DNA of 64,000 nucleotides from Thermoanaerobaculia bacterium (GTDB taxonomy: Bacteria; Acidobacteriota; Thermoanaerobaculia; UBA5066): positions 96,001 through 160,000 of the forward strand of contig CAWFJJ010000005.1 in the NCBI GenBank assembly GCA_963816185.1. Direction: 5' to 3'. The notes below the pieces were generated by a model. The model saw only the letters and a list, made by a program, of their open reading frames with translations. It was not told where the DNA came from and made no database searches. The position numbers and the translations under genes were made by a program. Within the stretch, counting starts at the first letter, position 1, and every line of letters begins with the position of its first letter. Of this stretch, positions 51,001 through 57,498 are shown piece after piece.

Positions 51001-51400
51001 CCCGTGGGTCAACGCGACGATACCAATTACCTCGCCAACCTCCTTCTATACGGCTACCCCTTGCCGCCAGCTCGACACGCGAACCGGCGGCACACCCATC
51101 GCGGCGGGAGGAACGCTGACCGTCCCGCTTGCCGGGGCGCCCTGTTCGATCCCCTCGACCGTGAGGTCCGTCTCGGTCAACGTGACCGTCACCCAGCAGA
51201 CCGCGACGGGAGACCTGACGATTTACCCTGCGGACCAGGGTCAACCGGGCACGACGACCCTCAGCTTCTCGCCGGGCAGGACACGCGCGAACAACGCCAT
51301 CCTCCTTCTCTCGTCGGACGGGCTGGGAGACGTGACGATCTTCAACAACTCGCTCGGGCAGGTTCACCTCATCATCGACGTGAACGGCTACTTCCAGTGA
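48053..51400 (+). CDS. Secreted tandem-repeat (GloVer-type, choice-of-anchor) protein with Ig-like domains
   Basis: Signal peptide; 14 copies of an ~50-aa LVQGxDGNFYGTT..GG..GTVFR repeat; C-terminal PCRxLDTR...IIDVNGYFQ domain. Confidence 0.88.
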   Translation: MMRQSRKRSSWPILAMLLGVLAASPVSAQSYQVLHAFSPSPTSPRTPLVQGTDGNFYGTTSDAEEGGSGSIFRITTAGAVTTLYRFSGPDGTAPNGLVQASDGNFYGTTAGGGANGGGTVFRLTPIGALTTLYFFSGGDGYHPVAGLIQGSDGNLYGTTSAGGLNEQGIAFRVSLSGVLTRLHDFSGADGAFPNSLVQGTDGYLYGTTSLGGSGDCGTVFRMTAAGAVTSLYSFSLPPHYGTIGPSDLVQGSDGDFYGTTSGGGGGGVGMVYKITPAGAVTTLDSFYAGGPEYPSGIIVGADGAFYGTSTSGGENGVGVVFRMSPSGDVTTLFSFSGGDGGTPGARLVQGNDGNLYGTTSSGGTAFDGTVFRITLSGVLTSLFSFTNGEGSGPSAGLVQASDGSFYGTTFRGGVFGYGTVFSLAPSGTFATVHSFLGDDGAGSFAVLVEGSAGNLYGTTRDGGTTGWGTLFSVTTGGVLSSLHSFSVGDGSDPVSGLAQGSDGNFYGTTYDGGGTNRGTVFRMTPGGAVTTLYSFSGNDGSNPSTSLVPGNDGNFYGTTLFGGAGYGTIFRITPAGGLTTLQAFSGTNSAFPNGLTLGRDGNFYGTTRGQFSPGCEIFRMTPSGTLTTLYVFPASFAVDCPAGPLLQGANGDFFGTTYGGGTNSEGSIFEMTPAGSLTTLYSFFGPEGSSPLAPLAQGADGDLYGATNLGGPSNIGVIFRFNPSGPPTPQAVVSGGGSICPGRSTSVQAALTGTAPWSLTWSDGFTQTGITASPASRTVSPQSTIVYTLSAISDANGPGLSSGSATVLVTQPLSAVMISPTTPVLLCAGSSGTSASLNAVSVGGGTSTYQWGYRTVSGGAITPIQGLVGYYAYFGGTSFPGPGNYLMVVTATPSCGSPMVSNEVPVTVVPALDNPIITAPAWVAPGAANLTASVAAQAGVSYSWMMSNGFITGGGGTNQITFTAGTTGTVTLSVAEYTSACSTPWVNATIPITSPTSFYTATPCRQLDTRTGGTPIAAGGTLTVPLAGAPCSIPSTVRSVSVNVTVTQQTATGDLTIYPADQGQPGTTTLSFSPGRTRANNAILLLSSDGLGDVTIFNNSLGQVHLIIDVNGYFQ

Positions 51401-51404
51401 GGGT

Positions 51405-51439
51405 CCCTCGCCACAGAGGAACTTCGAACGCGCGCCGTC
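51405..51439 (+). repeat. Direct repeat copy 2
   Basis: Matches 47915-47949; begins 4 nt after the stop codon at 51400. Confidence 0.85.
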
Positions 51440-51561
51440 CGCTGAGATACGCGAAGCGCACGACGTCAACCTTCTGAGCCTTTGCACTCAGGGGCAGGTC
51501 ACGGGTTTTCCGAGCTGTAACAGGATGGAATACGATTCGCGGAAGGCGCGGAGGCGCTTCA

Positions 51562-52056
51562 ATGGTCACGCGACTCGGCCGGCTCGCAGCGACGGCATTC
51601 GTTGCCATTGTCGCGTCCATGGCAGTCGCCCGGTGTGGCGGGACTCATCTACCGACCGAACCGGCAGCAGTCACCACGACTCCGACCCCGCCGTCCGCTC
51701 CGTCGCCTACGTCCACCCCCTCCTCGCCGACCCCGACACCCGCACCGGGGAATGGTGCGGTTTTCGGATACGTCAGCACGATCTCGGACTTGACGCAGCA
51801 CGCCTTGTCGGGTGTTCGTCTCAGGCTGCATCAGGACGGCACGGCGGATCAGGTCGAGAATTCCGGCAGCTTGGACGGCTATTACGCTTTCTGTTGCCTG
51901 CGCGCTGGCTCGGCTGTCATGACCGCGACGCTCGAGGGCTATCAGACCTTCAAGGCGACGATCACAGTTGGGGAGACCCCGGTTCGATACGACATCCAGA
52001 TGACTCCAAGTTTCGGAGCGCCATTACCTCCCCCGATCCGCTGGCCTGTCGAATAG
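51562..52056 (+). CDS. Putative lipoprotein, Pro/Thr linker + carboxypeptidase-regulatory-like beta-sandwich
   Basis: Signal peptide ending VARC; PTPTP linker; G.V...LSGVRL...DGYY.F...GYQT. Confidence 0.65.
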   Translation: MVTRLGRLAATAFVAIVASMAVARCGGTHLPTEPAAVTTTPTPPSAPSPTSTPSSPTPTPAPGNGAVFGYVSTISDLTQHALSGVRLRLHQDGTADQVENSGSLDGYYAFCCLRAGSAVMTATLEGYQTFKATITVGETPVRYDIQMTPSFGAPLPPPIRWPVE

Positions 52057-52088
52057 TTGGGTGGAGCTCCGGGGCAGGCCGCGCGGAT

Positions 52089-52574
52089 TCAGTTCTTGAA
52101 GGGGACCTGGATGACGATCCAGGTCTTCACCTTGTGACCGTCCTTCGTGGCGGGTTTCCAGCGCCACTGCTCGAGCGCGCTCTTGCTCGCGTCGCCGAGA
52201 CCCACCTTCGGAGCCGTGTCGCGCAGGACATCCACCTTCTCGGGCGTGCCGCTCGCGTCCACGAGGACGCGCAGGAGGACGGTCCCGGAGACGTGAGCCC
52301 GAATCGCGATGCTCGTCGCCTGGGGAGCCACCTGTTTCTGGGCCACCGGGGGCGTGTCGAGGAGCTCCGTATCCACGAAGTCGCCGTCCTTCGTGTCGGA
52401 CGTCGGCGCCACGGCCGAGGCGGCCGAAGACGCAGCGGCGCCCGGCTTTGTCGCCGCCGTCTTTCCTGGATCTGGAGCGGCCTCACATACGAATGCGGCG
52501 GCGAAGAACACGGGAAGAACGCCCGCGATGCAGCGCACGGCGAGGGAGTCAGCGAGCAGGATCTTGTTTCGCAC
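52089..52574 (-). CDS. TonB C-terminal domain protein (start uncertain)
   Basis: GTVLLRVLVDASG...ALEQWRWKPATKDG..VKTW..I.VPF. Confidence 0.8.
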   Translation of the reverse strand: MRNKILLADSLAVRCIAGVLPVFFAAAFVCEAAPDPGKTAATKPGAAASSAASAVAPTSDTKDGDFVDTELLDTPPVAQKQVAPQATSIAIRAHVSGTVLLRVLVDASGTPEKVDVLRDTAPKVGLGDASKSALEQWRWKPATKDGHKVKTWIVIQVPFKN

Positions 52575-52731
52575 GATCTATCGGCCTCCCGAAATCAGTC
52601 TTCGGCAGAGTTACAGCGCACTCTCCGTGCCACAGGAAAGAAGAATCGCCCCGGAGGGACAGGTTCGCCGGAATCAAGGAATTAGCCGTTTCTCACGCTC
52701 GCGGGACTCACCCTCTTCGGAGGGAAAGTGG

Positions 52732-52764
52732 TGTCGGAAATTCCGGCTGCCGGAGAATCAGACA
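52732..52764. promoter_or_regulatory. Tandem imperfect palindromes, candidate enhancer (UAS) for a sigma54 activator
   Basis: TGTCGGAAATTCCGGCT and TGCCGGAGAATCAGACA, consensus TGTCGGA-N3-TCCGACA. Confidence 0.5.
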
Positions 52765-52910
52765 GCGAGTCCCCCTCCTTCGACATTAGTAAGTCTGCTC
52801 GGACCCAACGGCTCGGCACGTCCGCCGTCCGTTTCCGTTCCGTGACACGGATGAGCGGATCCGGTAACGTGTCGATGAGGTTTCGTGCGGGCGCTTGGGC
52901 CGGGGCGGAG

Positions 52911-52926
52911 CGGTATCGACCTTGCG
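52911..52926 (+). promoter_or_regulatory. Candidate sigma54 (-24/-12) promoter
   Basis: CGGTATCGACCTTGCG = GG-N10-GC with TTGC, just upstream of SD AGGAG and ATG 52949. Confidence 0.55.
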
Positions 52927-52948
52927 TCCGGGGGGGTAGGAGCCACGC

Positions 52949-53782
52949 ATGCCGATCGTCACCGTTTCCCGTGGAACCATGAGCGGCGGGACCGCTCTCG
53001 CAGAGTGCGCGGCGAAGGCGTTGGGATCCCCTTGTCTCGCCCGCGAGGTCCTCGTGTCCGCTGCGACCGCGCTGGGAGTGTCCGAGCAGTTCCTCAAGGA
53101 GAGGATCGAGCGTGCGCCTGGCCTCTGGGAGCGCCTCGGAGCCGAGCGAAAGACGTATGTCCTCGCGGTTCAGGCGGCCCTCGCCGAGCACGTGGCAAAA
53201 GGGGACGCCGTCTACCACGGGCTCGCCGGACATCTCCTCCTGAGGGACATCCCGCAGGTGATTCGTCTTCGTCTCATCGCGCCGCTCGAGACCAGGGTCC
53301 GCGCCCTCATGGAGCAGCGCGGGATGACGCGTGACGGGGCGGAGAAGTTCATCGCCCAGGTCGACCAGCAGCGAGCGCGGTGGACCCGTCTCATGTACAA
53401 CGCCGACATCGAGGATCCGCGGCTCTACGACCTCGTGATCAACCTCGACAAGACGTCTCTCGAATCCGCCTGCGCCGTCGTCGTGACGATGGCGCGGCGG
53501 CCCGAGTTCACGATCGACGACGCGGCGCGCGCCGGGATCGCGGATTTCGCTCTCGCGTGCAAGGTCCGCCTGGCCCTCGCCGTTCAGCCGGCCAGCCGGG
53601 GTCTCGAGCTGGAGGTGACCTCTCGATCGGGCGTCGTGACTCTTGCCGGGAAGGTCCCCAAGCCAGACATGCTGACTCACGCGAGCGACCGGTGGATCGG
53701 CGAGCTGCGAAAGGTGGTGGAAGAGGTCCCCGGAGTCAAGAAAGTCGTCCTCGACGTCAACCTCGTCAGCGCATACACCTGA
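52949..53782 (+). CDS. Cytidylate kinase-like family protein with C-terminal BON domain
   Basis: IVTVSRGTMSGG (P-loop lacking Lys), RLIAPLETRV, YDLVIN; BON-like GVVTLAG...VPGVKKV. Confidence 0.85.
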   Translation: MPIVTVSRGTMSGGTALAECAAKALGSPCLAREVLVSAATALGVSEQFLKERIERAPGLWERLGAERKTYVLAVQAALAEHVAKGDAVYHGLAGHLLLRDIPQVIRLRLIAPLETRVRALMEQRGMTRDGAEKFIAQVDQQRARWTRLMYNADIEDPRLYDLVINLDKTSLESACAVVVTMARRPEFTIDDAARAGIADFALACKVRLALAVQPASRGLELEVTSRSGVVTLAGKVPKPDMLTHASDRWIGELRKVVEEVPGVKKVVLDVNLVSAYT

Positions 53783-53796
53783 AGGAGGAACCCGAT

Positions 53797-53985
53797 ATGG
53801 ACTTCCTCGGCTGGCTGCAGGATCTCGGGAAGGACGCGAGCCCGGCGCCGGGATTCCAGGCGCGGCCGCTCTATCTCCTCGTCTCGGTCGCGCTCCCCGT
53901 GACGCTGGGCCTTTTCGTGGGCTTTTCCCTGAGGCTCGTCGAGCGGCTCCTCGGAGTGGAGCTCGGCAAGCGAGCGGGTCACTGA
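53797..53985 (+). CDS. Small (62 aa) single-TM protein
   Basis: Strong SD AAGGAGG, ATG 53797, one hydrophobic helix, stop overlaps the next ATG; hidden at the end of track ORF 53380-53985. Confidence 0.75.
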   Translation: MDFLGWLQDLGKDASPAPGFQARPLYLLVSVALPVTLGLFVGFSLRLVERLLGVELGKRAGH

Positions 53986-54920
53986 TGGATGCCGGCAGCT
54001 TCTCGCTGGGCGCGCACTCCTTTCCGTTTCTCGCTCTCTTCGGCCTCGTGATCGGCGGGCTCGGCGGGTTCTTCGGGGTGGGCGGCGGCTTCCTCATGGT
54101 CCCGATGCTCAACGTCGTCTTCGGCGTTCCGTACAACATCGCCGTCGGGTCGGACCTGGGCCAGATGTGCGGAATGTCCGCCGCCGCGACGGTCCGCCAC
54201 TCGCGGTTTGGCAACATCGACTTCAAGCTCGGCTTCCTGATGATCGTGGGAACCGCAACCGGGGTCGAGCTCGGCGCCCAGGTGCTGGAGGTCCTCAAGA
54301 AGGTCGGCACCCTCTCGGTCTTCGGGCGCGAGATCGACGTGCTGACCGTCGTGATGAGCCTCGTCTACGCGCTCCTCCTCGTGTTTCTCGGTCAGGCGAT
54401 GGTGCGCGAGTCGCTGCGCACGATGCGGCGCGCCGCGGGGCAGGTGCAGCTCGGCGCCGAGGAGCCGGCGCCTTCCGCGGTCGTGAGGCTCCGGACCCTG
54501 AAGCTCTGGCCGATGGTGAGCCTGCCCGCGTCGGGAATCGAGTCGATCTCGCTTTGGATCATCCTCGGCATCGGCTTCGCCACCGGCTTCCTCTCCGGCA
54601 TGCTGGGAGTGGGCGGAGGCTTCATTCGGATGCCGGCGCTCGTCTACATCCTCGGCTGTCCGACCGTCGTGGCGGTCGGGACAGACCTGTTCGAGATCAT
54701 GTTCAGCTCCGGCTACGGCGTCCTGACGCATGCCTTCAAAGGAAACGTGCACCTCGTGCTCGTTCTCGCGCTCCTGATCGGAACCACGGTGGGCGCCCAG
54801 CTCGGGGCCTCGTATACGCGCCGGGCCGGTGGCCCCTGGGTCCGCTTCGGGTTCGGCTGTCTCGCCTTCGTGGGCGTGATCATGGTCGCCATCAAGCTCT
54901 ACGCGAAACTCCTCCGTTAA
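53985..54920 (+). CDS. TSUP (TauE/SafE) family transporter
   Basis: Duplicated GFFGVGGGF..P / GMLGVGGGF..P and AVG(S/T)DL motifs. Confidence 0.93.
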   Translation: MDAGSFSLGAHSFPFLALFGLVIGGLGGFFGVGGGFLMVPMLNVVFGVPYNIAVGSDLGQMCGMSAAATVRHSRFGNIDFKLGFLMIVGTATGVELGAQVLEVLKKVGTLSVFGREIDVLTVVMSLVYALLLVFLGQAMVRESLRTMRRAAGQVQLGAEEPAPSAVVRLRTLKLWPMVSLPASGIESISLWIILGIGFATGFLSGMLGVGGGFIRMPALVYILGCPTVVAVGTDLFEIMFSSGYGVLTHAFKGNVHLVLVLALLIGTTVGAQLGASYTRRAGGPWVRFGFGCLAFVGVIMVAIKLYAKLLR

Positions 54921-54924
54921 GACC

Positions 54925-57498
54925 GTGAGCGGGTTCTGGCCCCGCATCGCCCGCCATCTCACGCCGCGAGGGCGCCGTCTGCTCCCTTCCTCCGCGGCGG
55001 AGAGGTTTACATGCTTGAGGGCGATCGGAGCCGCCAACGACACGTTCCTTTCCGAGCTCGCGCGATGCCAGGAGGCCGCAGAGGGAGAAGCCCCTCTCAG
55101 CCTCGGAGCCGTCGCCGACGCCTACGAGGCCCTCTCGGCCCCTGTCGGCACGATGGTGCGCGCCCTGATGGCCATGAGCGCCGGGCGATATGCCGACCTC
55201 GGCCCGCGCCACGAGGCGCTCGATCGAGAGCTGGCTTTGGAGGCTTTCCAGGCCCGCCCAGTCCAGTTCGGCCCGCTCGTCGTCTGGTCGAACGACCCCG
55301 AAGCTTGCCAACCCAGCGTCGCGGGACCCAAGGCCGCGCGCCTCGCGCAGCTCGTCGCAACCGGCGAGTTCGACATTCCCCCTTTCTTCGCCGTCACCGC
55401 GCACGGCTTCCGCCTCTTCATGGAGGCGAGCGGGGTCCAGGACGTCGTGAACGAGGCCCGCGCGACGACGGACTTGAACGACGCCGCGAGTCTCTCGCGC
55501 TTCTCGGACCGCGCCTTCGCCGCCGTTCTCGCCGCGCCTTTGCCGGCGTCCCTCGAGCGCGAGATCGAGAAAGCCATGCGCGCAATCGGCGAGGAGATCG
55601 GCGGCGAGGTCCGGGTGGCGGTCCGCTCCTCGGCCGTGGTCGAGGACACCACGTCGTCCTTCGCGGGCCAGTTCGAGTCGGTTCTCAACGTTCCTCCGGC
55701 CGGCGTCGCCGCCGCCTACCGGCACGTGATCGCCAGCAAGTTCCAGGTCGAGGCTCTTCGGTACGCCCTCGCGCGCGGCTTCGTCGACGAGCAGGTGACG
55801 ATGCCGGTCCTGTTCATGGCGATGATCATGCCCAAATCGAGCGGCATTGCCTACTCCCGGAACCCCGGCAGCCCGTGGTGCGCCACGATCACGGCAGTTC
55901 CGGGCCTCGCCCAAACGATCGCGGATGGCCGGGGGATCCCCGATGTCTACCAGGTCGTCGACGCGGAGCCGCCCCGCATCGAGGAAGTGGTTCCGGGCTC
56001 GCGGCCGCCGACTCTTCTTTGCGCCGCCGAAGGAGGCCTCGAGGAAGAGCCGGAAGATCGCGGCGCCGGGGCGAGGCTCGCCCTGGACGAGGAGGAAGCG
56101 TGCCGCGTCGCGCGACTCGCCTGGAGCCTGGAGAGACGCTTCGGGGAGCCCCAGGACGTGGAGTGGGCTCTCGACCAATCCGGTCGCCTCTACGTCGTGC
56201 AGACCCGTTCGCTCCGTCTCCCCGCCTCCGTGCCCAGCGGCGAACGAGATCCGATCCCGGCGGGATACCGGGTGCTCATGCGCGGCGGCTCGCGGGCCAG
56301 CGGCGGCGTTGCCGCCGGGCCGGTCGTCAAGCTGGCCGATTCCACCGCTCCGGGGGAGGTCCCCGACGGCTGCATCCTGCTCGTCCCCACGACGTCCCCG
56401 CGCCTGGCAGCCGTCATGGGCTCGGTGGCGGGCGTGATCGCGGGCACGGGAAGCGCGACGGGTCACATGGCGACCGTCGCGCGGGAGTTTGGCGTGCCTT
56501 GCCTCGTGGGAGCCGGAGCTTCCGTCGCGGCGCTCTCCGAAGGGGAGATCGTGACCCTGGATGCCGACGCCAGGATGGTCTTCGAGGGTGTGGTTGCGGA
56601 ACGGATTCGAAAAGAGCCGAGGGGGGCAGCGCCTCGTCGCCGCGACCCGGTCCGCGAGAACGTTCTCCGACTCCTGGGGCGTGTCGCGCCCCTCACCCTG
56701 ACGAACCCGGAGGCGCCCTCCTTCGACCCGGAGCACTGCGTCACCCTCCACGACGTGGCGCGTTTCGTCCACCAGCGCGCGATGGCCGAGATGTTCGCCG
56801 TCGAGGCGCTCACGCCGGCCGAGAGGCGCGCGTGCCGGAGGCTGAGCTGGCCCCGGCCCATGGAGATCCTCGTGCTCGACCTCGGGGGCGCGGTCTCCCG
56901 GGCGGGCCGCACGGTCTCGCTCGAGGCCCTGACCTCGGTGCCGTTCTCGGCCCTCCTGGAAGGGATGATGGACTCGCGGCTGCGGTGGGCCGGACCCGTC
57001 GGGTTCGACCTCAAAGGATTCGTCTCCGTAGTCGTCCGGAGCGCCGCCGACGATCAGCGCTACGGTGAACCAAGCTACGCGCTTTGCTCGGCCGATTACG
57101 TCCACTTCGCGTCCCGCCTCGCGTACCACTTCGCGACCGTGGAGGCCATCTGCGGGGCGTCGCCGAACGAGAACTACGTCCGCTTCCGCTTTCAAGGAGG
57201 CGCGGCCGTGGCGGAGCGGCGCGAATGGCGCGCGAGCTTCCTCGCTTGCGTCCTCAAGGTCAACGGGTTCACCGTGCGCCAGGTGGGCGACCGGGTGGAT
57301 GCGATCCTCCCCAAGCGGCCGAGGGAAGAGCTCGAAGACGCCCTCGTCATGCTGGGGCGGCTGATGGTGGCCTCACGCCATCTCGACATGGTCATCGAAA
57401 GTCCGGCGGTCGCCGCCGCGCTCTCGCAAGCGTTCCTGACGGGCGACTACAGTTTCGAGAAGGTGCGCCGCGAATCCCAGGGGAGATGGCCTTCTTGA
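54925..57498 (+). CDS. PEP-synthase-like dikinase A (ATP-grasp + phospho-His swivel + non-canonical C-terminal domain)
   Basis: GPKAARL, AVRSSAVVED..SFAGQF, PQDVEWA, VQTRSL, GSATGHMATVAREFGVP; no pyruvate-binding TIM barrel. Confidence 0.85.
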   Translation: MSGFWPRIARHLTPRGRRLLPSSAAERFTCLRAIGAANDTFLSELARCQEAAEGEAPLSLGAVADAYEALSAPVGTMVRALMAMSAGRYADLGPRHEALDRELALEAFQARPVQFGPLVVWSNDPEACQPSVAGPKAARLAQLVATGEFDIPPFFAVTAHGFRLFMEASGVQDVVNEARATTDLNDAASLSRFSDRAFAAVLAAPLPASLEREIEKAMRAIGEEIGGEVRVAVRSSAVVEDTTSSFAGQFESVLNVPPAGVAAAYRHVIASKFQVEALRYALARGFVDEQVTMPVLFMAMIMPKSSGIAYSRNPGSPWCATITAVPGLAQTIADGRGIPDVYQVVDAEPPRIEEVVPGSRPPTLLCAAEGGLEEEPEDRGAGARLALDEEEACRVARLAWSLERRFGEPQDVEWALDQSGRLYVVQTRSLRLPASVPSGERDPIPAGYRVLMRGGSRASGGVAAGPVVKLADSTAPGEVPDGCILLVPTTSPRLAAVMGSVAGVIAGTGSATGHMATVAREFGVPCLVGAGASVAALSEGEIVTLDADARMVFEGVVAERIRKEPRGAAPRRRDPVRENVLRLLGRVAPLTLTNPEAPSFDPEHCVTLHDVARFVHQRAMAEMFAVEALTPAERRACRRLSWPRPMEILVLDLGGAVSRAGRTVSLEALTSVPFSALLEGMMDSRLRWAGPVGFDLKGFVSVVVRSAADDQRYGEPSYALCSADYVHFASRLAYHFATVEAICGASPNENYVRFRFQGGAAVAERREWRASFLACVLKVNGFTVRQVGDRVDAILPKRPREELEDALVMLGRLMVASRHLDMVIESPAVAAALSQAFLTGDYSFEKVRRESQGRWPS

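Noticed and set aside
47831-52600. Prophage or integrative element at tRNA-Arg
   Set aside because: No integrase, no phage genes and no duplicated tRNA 3' end seen in the window
52813-52828. Second sigma54 candidate TCGGCACG
   Set aside because: Lacks the -12 GC (has GT)
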